From positions 1 to 46,123 of the forward strand of contig JAVVGL010000016.1 of assembly GCA_032249135.1 (NCBI GenBank): DNA of 46,123 bases, read 5' to 3'. A program made the position numbers and the translations under genes. Positions 29,795-40,915 of the stretch are shown here, in pieces. The DNA is from Candidatus Calescibacterium sp. Lineage in GTDB: Bacteria > Calescibacteriota > Calescibacteriia > Calescibacteriales > Calescibacteriaceae. The notes under the pieces were generated by a model. That model searched no databases. It was given only the letters and a program-made list of their open reading frames with translations, and was not told the origin of the DNA. The number at the start of each line of letters is the position of its first letter. Position 1 is the stretch's first letter.

Positions 29795-31897
29795 ATGGCT
29801 GTAAAAGAAGAAAAAATTCCGTTAGAGAGAGTGAGGAATATTGGGTTCGTAGCCCACATAGACGCAGGTAAAACAACCACTACAGAGAGAGTCCTTTTTT
29901 ACACAGGAACCACATATAAAATTGGTGATGTTGATGAAGGAACCACCGTTACAGATTGGATGCCTCAGGAAAAAGAAAGGGGTATAACAATAACATCTGC
30001 ATCCGTCTCCTGTTTCTGGAAGCAGCATAAAATAAACATAATAGACACACCAGGGCACATAGATTTTACCGTTGAGGTTGAAAGATCGTTGAGAGTTCTT
30101 GATGGATGCATCATAATTTTTGATGCAGTAAACGGTGTAGAGCCTCAATCTGAAACTGTTTGGAGGCAAGCAAACAAATATTCAGTTCCAAGAATCTGCT
30201 ATATCAATAAGATGGATAGAATTGGAGCAGATTTCTTCGCAACATTAGAAGATATAAGGAAAAAATTAGATATTACGCCAATCCCCTTACAGATTCCAAA
30301 CGGAGCCGAAGAAAACTTCAAAGGTCCGATAGACCTTATAAAGATGAAAGCAGTTTATTTTTCAGAACAAGATGAAGGAAGAACTTACTTTTACGACGAA
30401 ATACCATCAGAACTCAAAGATTTAGCATTAGAGTGGAGAGAAAAAATGCTTGAAACTATTGCTGAACTTGATGATGAGTTCATGGCAAAATATGTAGAAA
30501 ATCCAGATTCTATAACGGAAGAAGATATCCATAATGCTGTAAGAAGAATAACAATAGCATTCAAAGGTGTTCCAGTTTTCTGTGGCTCATCTTTGAAAAA
30601 CAAAGGAGTTCAACCTATGATAGATGGAATAATCCTCTATCTTCCTTCTCCCCTTGATAGGGGAAGTGTGAAAGGAAAGCATCCTGATAGCGGACAAGAG
30701 ATAATCTTACCACCAGATGAAAATGGTCCTTTGTGCGGACTTCTATTCAAAATAATGAACGACCCGTATGCAGGTCAGCTTTCATACATAAGAATATACT
30801 CCGGAAAATTAAAACCCGGAACAGTAATATACAATCCGCGCCTGAGAAAAACTGAAAGAATAGGAAGAGTCCTTAGAATGTTTGCAAATAGAAGAGATGA
30901 CATTGATGAAGCAGGTGCAGGAGATGTTATAGCAGTCACAGGATTAAAAGATTCAATAACAGGAGATACAATTTGTCTGAAAGAAAATCCAATCTTGCTT
31001 GAAGGAATAGATATTCCAGAACCTGTCATTTATGCTTCCATTGAACCTCTTACAAAGCAAGACCAAGAAAAATTATTTATATCTTTGCACAAGCTTGAAA
31101 TAGAAGACCCATCGTTCAGAGTAAAATATAATCACGAAACCCAGGAGACAATAATGTGGGGAATGGGAGAGCTTCATCTTGAAATAATAAAAGATAGGCT
31201 CGAAAGAGAATATGGTGTCAAAACAAGAATGGGAAAACCACAAGTTGCTTACAAGGAAACAATAGTAGGAGTCGCAGATGCAGAAGGAAAATATATAAGG
31301 CAATCAGGTGGTAGAGGTCAGTATGGTCATGTTATAATAAGAGTAGAACCACTTGAAAGAGGAAAAGGATTTGAATTTGTAAATCAAATAAAAGGAGGAG
31401 TAATCCCAGCCGAATTTATACCAGCTGTTGAAAAAGGAATAAGAGATGCAATGGAAGAAGGAGTTTTAGCAGGCTATCCTATTGTTGATATCAGAGTCAT
31501 ATTATACGATGGTTCTTTTCACGAAGTTGATTCATCAGATATTGCTTTTAGAATCGCAGGTTCTATTGCGCTAAAAGAAGCTGTCAAAAAAGCAGGGCTC
31601 ATACTACTTGAACCAATAATGAGGGTTGAAGTCTATGTCCCTGAAGAGTTCTTGGGAGCAGTCATAGGAGATTTGAATTCAAGAAGAGGTAGGATAGTTG
31701 ACATAGCCATAAAAGGAAGTTTCAGAGCTATTCAGGCATATGTTCCATTAGGAGAGATGTTCGGATACGCTACAACTTTGCGATCTTTAACTCAAGGAAG
31801 AGGATACTATGTTATGGAGTTCCACGGATATGATGAAGTTCCAACCTCTATTATGAATAGCATAGTTGAGCAAAGGAGGAGTTCTTCCAAAAACTAA
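29795..31897 (+). CDS. fusA: Elongation factor G
   Basis: [61 protein letters not shown]. Confidence 0.98.
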   Translation: MAVKEEKIPLERVRNIGFVAHIDAGKTTTTERVLFYTGTTYKIGDVDEGTTVTDWMPQEKERGITITSASVSCFWKQHKINIIDTPGHIDFTVEVERSLRVLDGCIIIFDAVNGVEPQSETVWRQANKYSVPRICYINKMDRIGADFFATLEDIRKKLDITPIPLQIPNGAEENFKGPIDLIKMKAVYFSEQDEGRTYFYDEIPSELKDLALEWREKMLETIAELDDEFMAKYVENPDSITEEDIHNAVRRITIAFKGVPVFCGSSLKNKGVQPMIDGIILYLPSPLDRGSVKGKHPDSGQEIILPPDENGPLCGLLFKIMNDPYAGQLSYIRIYSGKLKPGTVIYNPRLRKTERIGRVLRMFANRRDDIDEAGAGDVIAVTGLKDSITGDTICLKENPILLEGIDIPEPVIYASIEPLTKQDQEKLFISLHKLEIEDPSFRVKYNHETQETIMWGMGELHLEIIKDRLEREYGVKTRMGKPQVAYKETIVGVADAEGKYIRQSGGRGQYGHVIIRVEPLERGKGFEFVNQIKGGVIPAEFIPAVEKGIRDAMEEGVLAGYPIVDIRVILYDGSFHEVDSSDIAFRIAGSIALKEAVKKAGLILLEPIMRVEVYVPEEFLGAVIGDLNSRRGRIVDIAIKGSFRAIQAYVPLGEMFGYATTLRSLTQGRGYYVMEFHGYDEVPTSIMNSIVEQRRSSSKN

Positions 31898-31937
31898 TTA
31901 TAATAATAAGAAAAAATAACAACTTATAAAATTTGCT

Positions 31938-32252
31938 ATGATGCATTTTAACAAAATAATAATAAAACTCAAAGCTTATGACCACAGGTTGATTGACAGC
32001 ACAGTAAGAGAAATAGTAGGAGCTGCTGAAAGGACTAATGCAAAAGTTATCGGTCCTATTCCGCTCCCAACTAAAATAAGACGATGGACAGTCCTTCGCT
32101 CCCCTCACGCAGATAAAAAATCTATGGAAACCTTTGAGTTAAGAATTCATAAACGCCTCATTCATATCATTGATCCTCAAGCTACCACAATAGAAGAGTT
32201 AAGAAAAATTGATGTCCCCCCAGGAATTCATATAGAAATGAAAGTTGAATAA
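31938..32252 (+). CDS. rpsJ: 30S ribosomal protein S10
   Basis: IKLKAYDH, GPIPLPT, VLRSPH, FELRIHKRLI. Confidence 0.97.
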   Translation: MMHFNKIIIKLKAYDHRLIDSTVREIVGAAERTNAKVIGPIPLPTKIRRWTVLRSPHADKKSMETFELRIHKRLIHIIDPQATTIEELRKIDVPPGIHIEMKVE

Positions 32253-32312
32253 AAAAAAAGAAAGAAAAAAAGAAAAAATAAAACAAAAAGAAAAGGAGGT
32301 TAATAAAAAGAA

Positions 32313-32957
32313 ATGATCTCGGGACTCGTTTTGCGAAAGGTTGGAATGAGCACCATATTTGATAACGAAGGAAATCCTATCCCAGTCACTATCTTAAAAC
32401 TTTCCGGAGGTTTCATCGTGGGATACAAAGAGGTAATCTCAAAAGGGAAAAAGGAAAAAAGAGCAATTGTTGCTTTTGATGAATGCAAAATCAAAAATGT
32501 ACCAAAACCAATTTTAGGTATAATAAAGAAAGCAGGAATTGAAAAAGGATTTAAAACCCTAAAAGAATTTCCTATCTTCACGGATAATCAAGAAAATCTT
32601 CCACCAGTAGGTTCAAAAGTAGGGGTTGAAATTTTCCAAGTTGGAGATATAGTAGATATTACAGGAACAAGCAAGGGAAGAGGATTCCAAGGAGTGGTAA
32701 AAAGATGGGGATTTGCAGGAGGACCTGCAAGCCATGGTTCTATGTCACACAGAAGACCGGGATCTATAGGACAAAAGACCGAACCCGGAAGAGTTTGGAA
32801 AGGAAAAAAAATGCCAGGACACATGGGGATGCAAACAGTAACAGTAAAAAATCTTAAAGTTGTATATGTTGATAAAGAAAATGAAATAATAGCTGTAAAA
32901 GGGTCTGTCCCAGGATGGATAGGAGGAAAGGTCATAGTAAAAAAAAAGAAAAATTGA
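32313..32957 (+). CDS. rplC: 50S ribosomal protein L3
   Basis: KVGMSTIF, GTSKGRGFQGVVKRWGF, HRRPGSIG, KGKKMPGHMG. Confidence 0.97.
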   Translation: MISGLVLRKVGMSTIFDNEGNPIPVTILKLSGGFIVGYKEVISKGKKEKRAIVAFDECKIKNVPKPILGIIKKAGIEKGFKTLKEFPIFTDNQENLPPVGSKVGVEIFQVGDIVDITGTSKGRGFQGVVKRWGFAGGPASHGSMSHRRPGSIGQKTEPGRVWKGKKMPGHMGMQTVTVKNLKVVYVDKENEIIAVKGSVPGWIGGKVIVKKKKN

Positions 32958-32998
32958 AATCATAAAGTAAAAAACCAAGAGAGGGAGGAAATGAAAAA

Positions 32999-33682
32999 AT
33001 GAATATGGAAACCTCTGTAGAAGATAAACCTTCTTTGGATAATTTTATTTCCCTTGATATTATAGAGCCTTTCTCTGGCGAAAAAAAAGGACAAATCAGA
33101 ATAGAAAAAGATTTTTTCTCCCCACCGAACAAAAATGTACTTTGGTATTATGTGAGATGGTACCTTGCTGGGAAGAGAGCAGGAACTCACGATACAAAAA
33201 CTATATCTGAGGTCAGAGGTGGAGGTAGGAAACCTTGGCCACAAAAACATACAGGTAGAGCGAGGCAAGGTTCAATAAGAAATCCTCACTGGGTAGGAGG
33301 AGCCGTTGCTCACGGACCTCATCCCAGAGATTACTCATACAAGATGAACAAAAAAGAGAAAAGAGAGGCTTTGAGAAGTGCAATAGTATCAAAATATATG
33401 GAAGGTAGGCTAAAAATTATAGACGAAATAAACTTTGATAAACCTCAAACTAAAAAGGCAACCGAGATTATAAGGAATCTTGAAGCTTATCCGTTGATTC
33501 TCATAACCGATGGATCAAAGAAAAATGTTTTTCTTTCATTCAGAGCAATTCAGCTTTCACGGGTTCTACCAGTAGATGAGGTAAATGCTTATGAGATATT
33601 AAAATATGATTTCGCAGTTTTTGAGAAAAATGCATTTTTAAAGATTTTACAAAGATATAATGCAAAGGTGGAGGTAATATAA
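32999..33682 (+). CDS. rplD: 50S ribosomal protein L4
   Basis: GTHDTKT..EVRGGGRKPWPQKHTGRARQGSIRNP.WVGG. Confidence 0.97.
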   Translation: MNMETSVEDKPSLDNFISLDIIEPFSGEKKGQIRIEKDFFSPPNKNVLWYYVRWYLAGKRAGTHDTKTISEVRGGGRKPWPQKHTGRARQGSIRNPHWVGGAVAHGPHPRDYSYKMNKKEKREALRSAIVSKYMEGRLKIIDEINFDKPQTKKATEIIRNLEAYPLILITDGSKKNVFLSFRAIQLSRVLPVDEVNAYEILKYDFAVFEKNAFLKILQRYNAKVEVI

Positions 33683-33683
33683 A

Positions 33684-34040
33684 ATGAAGGAGATGCAAAG
33701 CGAAATAAAGAAAGAGAAGATAAATTTTAATCTAATTGCACCCGAGGATATAATTTTGAAACCAGTTTTTACAGAAAAGGCATATAAGCTTGCTGAAAAG
33801 AAAAAATTCGTCTTTGTAGTTAGACTTGATGCTACAAAACCTCAAATAAAAAGAGCAGTTGAGAAAATGTTTGGAGTCAAAGTCAAAAAAGTCAATACGA
33901 TGATATATAGAGGAAAGATAAAAAGAAGAGGTTTATTTTTAGGTCACAGACCCTCTTTCAAAAAAGCAATAGTTACAATTGAGGGACAATTAGATATAAG
34001 AAAGATTGCTGAAAAATTCTCTCCTGCTGCAACAAAATAA
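33684..34040 (+). CDS. rplW: 50S ribosomal protein L23
   Basis: PVFTEKA, ATKPQIKRAVE..FGVKV..VNT, KKAIVT. Confidence 0.96.
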   Translation: MKEMQSEIKKEKINFNLIAPEDIILKPVFTEKAYKLAEKKKFVFVVRLDATKPQIKRAVEKMFGVKVKKVNTMIYRGKIKRRGLFLGHRPSFKKAIVTIEGQLDIRKIAEKFSPAATK

Positions 34041-34078
34041 AAACTTTTAAGTTTAAAATAAAATAGGAGGTAAATAAA

Positions 34079-34939
34079 ATGGGAATAAAAACATATAAAC
34101 CTATAACACCGGGAAGAAGACATATGACCGGATATGATTTTTCTGAAATAACGAAAGACGAACCAGAAAAAAGTCTGCTTGACAAGTGGAAACAAAAAGC
34201 AGGAAGAAATAACCTCGGGAGAATAACCATAAGGCATAGAGGTGGTGGGCATAAAAAAAGATATAGAATAATTGATTTCAAAAGAGATAAATTTGATGTT
34301 CCAGGAAAAGTAATATCAATAGAGTACGACCCATGCAGAACCGCAAGAATATGTCTTGTTGAATACAAAGATGGGGAAAAAAGATATATAATTTGGCCGA
34401 AAGGATTGAAGGTTGGAGATATTGTCCTTTCATCAAAAAATAAAATAGAGCCACAAATAGGTTGGGCTATGCCATTAAAATACATCCCAGACGGAACAAT
34501 AGTACACAATATAGAACTTGTCCCGGGTGGAGGAGGAGAGTTATGTAGGGCGGCAGGAAGTTGGGCACAAGTTTTAGCAAAAATAGGAAAATATGTTCTC
34601 GTAAGACTCCCATCAAAAGAAGAAAGATTGATTCATGGAGATTGTCTCGCAACGGTAGGACAAGTCGGACTTGAAGAGCATGAACTTATTAGTTTAGGCA
34701 AAGCCGGAAGAACAAGATGGCTCGGGAGGAGACCACATGTCAGAGGAGTTGCAATGAACCCTGTTGACCATCCTCACGGAGGTGGAGAGGGAAGAAGTCC
34801 TCAGGGCAATCCTCATCCTGTCTCTCCTTGGGGGCTTTTAACGAAAGGTTACAAGACAAGAAGAGGAAAGAGACCTTCCGATAGGTTTATAATCAAAGAC
34901 AGAAGGGGGAAAGTTTTGCAGAAAATTGAAATTCAATAA
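34079..34939 (+). CDS. rplB: 50S ribosomal protein L2
   Basis: [49 protein letters not shown]. Confidence 0.98.
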   Translation: MGIKTYKPITPGRRHMTGYDFSEITKDEPEKSLLDKWKQKAGRNNLGRITIRHRGGGHKKRYRIIDFKRDKFDVPGKVISIEYDPCRTARICLVEYKDGEKRYIIWPKGLKVGDIVLSSKNKIEPQIGWAMPLKYIPDGTIVHNIELVPGGGGELCRAAGSWAQVLAKIGKYVLVRLPSKEERLIHGDCLATVGQVGLEEHELISLGKAGRTRWLGRRPHVRGVAMNPVDHPHGGGEGRSPQGNPHPVSPWGLLTKGYKTRRGKRPSDRFIIKDRRGKVLQKIEIQ

Positions 34940-34960
34940 AAGCCAAAATCAAAATCTCTA

Positions 34961-35500
34961 CTACTTCTTTTTAAGATAAGAAATTATTTTATCAACAGTT
35001 TCTTTTGTAAATGCAAGCATTCTTTTTCCTTGAAATTTTTCATAAATTTTCTTTATCTCGTTCTTTTCCGCAAGCCTTGAAATCAGTCCATCCAAACTTT
35101 TCTTTGTCTTATTTATTCCGTGTTTCGCAAGTATATTACGGAGTTCAGAAATTCCTATTGCTTTATATTTTTTCCTGAGTAAAAATGGATTGTATTGTTC
35201 GTAAAGCTTTTTCAGTTTTTCAACGTCTTCAGATGAGAAAACCCTTATCTTCCTTTTTCCTATATTTACGAGTTTCCCTATTTTCTTTCTGACTATCTGA
35301 TTCTCTATACTTTTTTCACTGAAGCGAAGTTTAAGCTCCTTTTTCAAAAAGTTAACTGCCTCCCTTATCCCCACAAGTCTAAACTTTTTTTTCAGTTCTT
35401 CTTTCTTTTCCTTCAAATTTATACCCTGTCCTTTCTTTCCGCCTTTCTGTTTTCTTTCTTTTTGTCTAATTTCCCTTGTTTTTTCTTTTGTCCTCAACAT
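34961..35500 (-). CDS. Highly basic hypothetical protein with two tandem MerR/excisionase-like winged-HTH repeats
   Basis: Repeat 1 LVGIREAVNFL...SEKSIENQI...KRKIRVFSSEDVEKLKKLY; repeat 2 AIGISELRNIL...TKKSLDGLI...GKRMLAFTKETVDKIISYL; SD AGGAGG upstream. Confidence 0.55.
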   Translation of the reverse strand: MLRTKEKTREIRQKERKQKGGKKGQGINLKEKKEELKKKFRLVGIREAVNFLKKELKLRFSEKSIENQIVRKKIGKLVNIGKRKIRVFSSEDVEKLKKLYEQYNPFLLRKKYKAIGISELRNILAKHGINKTKKSLDGLISRLAEKNEIKKIYEKFQGKRMLAFTKETVDKIISYLKKK

Positions 35501-35634
35501 CTTCTCTACCCCTCCTTTCCTTCAATTTTTTACCTATTTAAATTTACTTTCTTCAAAAAATTTTTCATCAGTTTTGAGAAAATTCTAAAAATAGCTTTTC
35601 AAATCCCTCCTTTGAACACTTTACAAAAAGCATG

Positions 35635-35679
35635 CACATCACATTTTTTAATTCCACATTTTTTTTCCTAATTTCACAT
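35635..35679. promoter_or_regulatory. Phased direct repeats (CACAT at 20-bp period), putative protein-binding array
   Basis: CACAT at 35635, 35655 and 35675 (plus 35640); TAATTCCACAT at 35649-35659 and TAATTTCACAT at 35669-35679. Confidence 0.4.
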
Positions 35680-35887
35680 CTTTTCTGACTTCCCCACTGC
35701 AATTACCAGAGTAGCTATAATTCCTAGCTTTCTCAAAATTTCAGCTCTTTTTTTTTTAGCTCTTTCAATATCTCCTTTCAAAAAAGCCCCATCTTTTTGA
35801 AATCTACTGTTAAAAATTTTTGAAAATTAACAAAACTATTTGTATAAATTATCAATAAAGAGATAATTAATTCTTCCCCAAACCAAT

Positions 35888-35914
35888 TTTAACAATAGGT
35901 TGTTAAACTATAAT
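35888..35914 (+). promoter_or_regulatory. Inverted repeat TTTAACAA-N4-TTGTTAAA abutting a TATAAT -10 box upstream of tRNA-Ala
   Basis: IR at 35888-35907; TATAAT at 35909-35914. Confidence 0.45.
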
Positions 35915-35921
35915 TTTGGTA

Positions 35922-35993
35922 GGGGCCGTAGCTCAGGGGGAGAGCGCTGGTATGGCACGCCAGAGGTCGGGGGTTCAAATCCCCTCGGCTCCA
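35922..35993 (+). tRNA. tRNA-Ala (GGC), 3' CCA not encoded
   Basis: Acceptor stem GGGGCCG/CGGCTCC with G3:U70, D-arm GCTC/GAGC, anticodon loop ATGGCAC, T-loop TTCAAAT, discriminator A followed by CCC. Confidence 0.95.
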
Positions 35994-36009
35994 CCCAAAC
36001 AAAAAATAT

Positions 36010-36543
36010 ATGTCAGCACTAACAATTTACAAAAAAAATGGAGCAGTTAGATTTTCTGCCGACCCACTAAGAGGAGTAATATTCATTTCATTTGCAAGAC
36101 CCATAGAAAAACCAGCAGAAGAAGGCAAAAGAAGGAGAAAATATAGATGGGAGGAAAAAGTCACAATTGCTCTTTCTCCTGAGGAAGCTTCATCAATTGG
36201 AGCATTTGCAAGAATGCACCTGTCAGGAAATACTCCCAAAAAAAATCTTGTAATCCGGCATACTCCCGAAAGGTTTGGTAAAAAAGGTCCGGAAAAAACT
36301 CTGAAGATAGAAAAAAGAGATGAAGCTTTTTTACTCCAAATAGAAGTACGAAATGAAAAAATAGCCGTCGGTCCTATGGGATATTCTGACTTTTACCTGA
36401 TAGACTCTTTCCTACAAAGATACATTCCTGAAATCCTCCCCAAACCTAGAATTGCAGTTCCAGCAGAAGAAATAACAGGAATTAGAGGAGAAAGAGAAGA
36501 AGAAGCAGAAGAAATTTCACCAGAAGAAGAAATATTATTCTAA
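36010..36543 (+). CDS. Whirly-like putative single-stranded DNA-binding protein with acidic SSB-type C-terminal tail
   Basis: Collinear blocks TIYKKNGAV, GVIFISFAR, RKYRWEEKVTIALSPEE, IRHTP, KTLKIEK, FLLQIEV, DF.LI...LQRYIPEIL; C-terminus EEISPEEEILF. Confidence 0.65.
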   Translation: MSALTIYKKNGAVRFSADPLRGVIFISFARPIEKPAEEGKRRRKYRWEEKVTIALSPEEASSIGAFARMHLSGNTPKKNLVIRHTPERFGKKGPEKTLKIEKRDEAFLLQIEVRNEKIAVGPMGYSDFYLIDSFLQRYIPEILPKPRIAVPAEEITGIRGEREEEAEEISPEEEILF

Positions 36544-36707
36544 ATATAGGAATTTTCGTTTTAATCTTGAAAGCAAAATTTTTTGAAAAAAAAATCTTTG
36601 AAATTAGAGAATTTATTATTTTAATATAAAGTTGCCTTATTTATCCTCAAATTTTTTTTGATCAAAACCTTTCTTCAAAAAAAGTGGAAGAAAGGAGGTG
36701 AAAGAAA

Positions 36708-37022
36708 ATGGCTAAAAAAGAAGCAAAGATAAAAATAACCCCTCTGAGAGATAAGGTAGTTGTAAAAAGACTTGAAGAGGTTGAGGAAAAAACCCCAGGT
36801 GGAATTATTATCCCAGATACAGCAAAAGAAAAACCTCAAATAGGTGAAGTTGTAGCCGTAGGTAAAGGTAAAATCCTTCAAGATGGCAAAGTTATACCAC
36901 CAGAAGTGAAGGTAGGCGATAAAGTTCTATTTGCAAAATATGCAGGTACAGAAGTAAAAATAGAAGGAGAAGAATACCTTATAATGTCAGAAGATGAAAT
37001 ACTTGGTATAATTGAAAAATAA
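36708..37022 (+). CDS. groES: Co-chaperonin GroES
   Basis: [46 protein letters not shown]. Confidence 0.98.
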   Translation: MAKKEAKIKITPLRDKVVVKRLEEVEEKTPGGIIIPDTAKEKPQIGEVVAVGKGKILQDGKVIPPEVKVGDKVLFAKYAGTEVKIEGEEYLIMSEDEILGIIEK

Positions 37023-37083
37023 ATTTACCTAAATATTTTTATTTAATTTATAAACCTTTGATTTCTCTCATTTTTACTTTTGA

Positions 37084-38753
<1,670 letters not shown>

Positions 38754-38754
<1 letters not shown>

Positions 38755-39899
38755 TGAATAAAAAACTTCAAGCCGCTTCCCTCCGCCCGAAAATTGTACC
38801 TGTAATTCTTGCAGGGGGCGGAGGGAAGCGGCTTTTTCCACTATCTACTAAGCAAAAACCTAAATATCTTCTCAAAATTAATTCACCAAAAACACTCCTT
38901 GAAGAAACTATTGAAAGAGCAATCAAAACTCAAGAAAAAATAAATAAAAATTTAAATCATAGGAGTTCCAAAAAATTTCCAATAGTTTTAGTTGCAAACA
39001 TCAAACAAAAAAAAGCAATATCTTCCATTATAAAAAAATTCAGGAAAGTGAAAATCTTGGAAATATATGAACCTTTGATGAAAAATACTGCTCCCGCAAT
39101 TTGCTTTGCCGCAAAGAAAATATTGGAAAAATTCGGTGATTGTATAATGTTCGTTATGCCATCAGACCACAAGATTGAAGGTGATGAAAATTTTCTAAAA
39201 GCTGCTCAAGCCGCATATGAAGCAGCAAAACAGAATTTTATAGCAACTTTCGGAATAGTTCCTACGCATCCTGAAACAGGATTCGGATACATAAAAGTTT
39301 CAAAAGATAATCCACTGATGAGTGTAGATGGTGTCAATATATTCAAAGCAGAAAAATTTACAGAAAAACCTACAAGAGAAAAAGCAGAAGAATATCTAAA
39401 ATCAGGTGAATATTTTTGGAACAGCGGTATATTTGCATTTAAATCTTCTGTGATTTTGGATGAACTCAGAAAATTCACAAAGATACCTGAAACTTTTGAA
39501 AAATACCCAGTAAACAAAGCTTACAACGTAGTTGAAGAAATTTCAATAGACTATGCAGTATGTGAAAAATCAGATAAAATAGTCTGCATACCTGCAAGTT
39601 TCAGATGGTCAGACATAGGCTCCTTCAAAGCCATAAAAGAATTTTATAAAACCGATGAAAAAGGAAACGCAGGAAATGCAATTTTTGAAGACTCAGAAAA
39701 CTCACTTGTGATCAAAGAAGAAGAACAAACAAACAAACAAACAACAAAAACGAAGAAAAAAGGAAAAGAAAAAGAAAAAAAAATAATACTTTTTGGAGTC
39801 AAAGATTTAGCAGTAGTTGAAACCGAAAATTTTCTCGTAGTTTTTCCACTAGATAAAAGTCAAGATATTAAAAAATTGGCAGAAAAATACGATAAGTAA
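38754..39899 (+). CDS. manC: Mannose-1-phosphate guanylyltransferase (no PMI domain)
   Basis: ILAGGGGKRLFPLS...PK, EP..KNTAPAI, PSDH, PETGFGYI, FTEKP, WNSGIF, SIDYAV.EK, WSDIGS. Confidence 0.93.
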
Positions 39900-39910
39900 T
39901 AAAAGAAAAA

Positions 39911-40915
39911 ATGCATAGCACAAAAATCTACTTTGTGGTATATACAACTGGATTTTCCGGAAGCTTATTTCTCTCAAAAATATTGAACTCCCACAAAGAT
40001 GTATTCTGTCTTCACGAGTCAGAAATGTTTGAAGCAATAAGAATAAGAGATGACGGAATAGTTGAAGAAAGATTTTTCTTTGAACTTGAAGAAAAAGAAA
40101 AATTTTCACGCCATTTTTTCTTTATGTCTCCATTCCTGCAACACTACTATAATGGATACAAAGCCGTAGGGTCGGTTGAAACAGGAAGATTTAATCCTCA
40201 ACCTGCAATAAAAATACTAAAAGATTTCGTAGCATATAAGAATGAAACTTTAAAAGATAGTGGGATTCAACTGGATTTCAGGTATGGTTTTCTTTTACGC
40301 TCACCAATAAAAGTTGTAAATTCATTTTCAAAAGAATTAGAAAAGATTTTGAATGTAATCCTAAATCAAAACATGAAAGAAAAAATAAAAAAACTTGAAG
40401 AATTCTTTGGAAAGGTAGTTGGATACGCAAAAGAACAAGGATATATATCAGAAGACAAATTATCAAATCTGATAGAAAAATTTAAAACCCCTTATCACAG
40501 AGTTTTCCTTTTCTTAACAGCATGCGTTATGACATTTTTAAAAGATGTTACAAGAAGTATCTTAAATGAAAAAGAGAATGTGGTTATATTCAGACTTGAA
40601 GAAAAAAATAAAAAAGATTTGTTTGAGGGAAAATTAAAAAAACTTACAGCCCAAGAATACAAATTAGATGAGAAAATACTTGAAGAAAAAGTAAATCAAA
40701 AACATAAATCAGATGATGAAATAGCAGTTTTGTACGACTGGGGAAAAGAAAAAAGAGAAATATTCTTTGATTTAATGATAAACTGCGAAGAAGAAATAAA
40801 AATTTTAGGATATAGCTATATATTTGATCTAATGTCTAATTTGGATCACATATATTATCAGAACATAACTGATATATTTTCCCCTCCTCATAAAATCTCC
40901 TTTGCATCTCAATAA
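39911..40915 (+). CDS. Sulfotransferase-like (P-loop) protein
   Basis: N-terminal TTGFSGSLFLSKILNSHKDVFCLHE resembles the 5'-PSB pattern; LLRSP...VNS resembles the 3'-PB pattern; C-terminal LGY. Confidence 0.55.
   Translation: MHSTKIYFVVYTTGFSGSLFLSKILNSHKDVFCLHESEMFEAIRIRDDGIVEERFFFELEEKEKFSRHFFFMSPFLQHYYNGYKAVGSVETGRFNPQPAIKILKDFVAYKNETLKDSGIQLDFRYGFLLRSPIKVVNSFSKELEKILNVILNQNMKEKIKKLEEFFGKVVGYAKEQGYISEDKLSNLIEKFKTPYHRVFLFLTACVMTFLKDVTRSILNEKENVVIFRLEEKNKKDLFEGKLKKLTAQEYKLDEKILEEKVNQKHKSDDEIAVLYDWGKEKREIFFDLMINCEEEIKILGYSYIFDLMSNLDHIYYQNITDIFSPPHKISFASQ

Noticed and set aside
35501-35921. Replication origin (oriC)
   Set aside because: No perfect DnaA box (best matches have 2 mismatches) and no dnaA/dnaN/gidA nearby; cannot be excluded without skew data
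36544-36707. CIRCE element upstream of groES
   Set aside because: No TTAGCACTC-N9-GAGTGCTAA match
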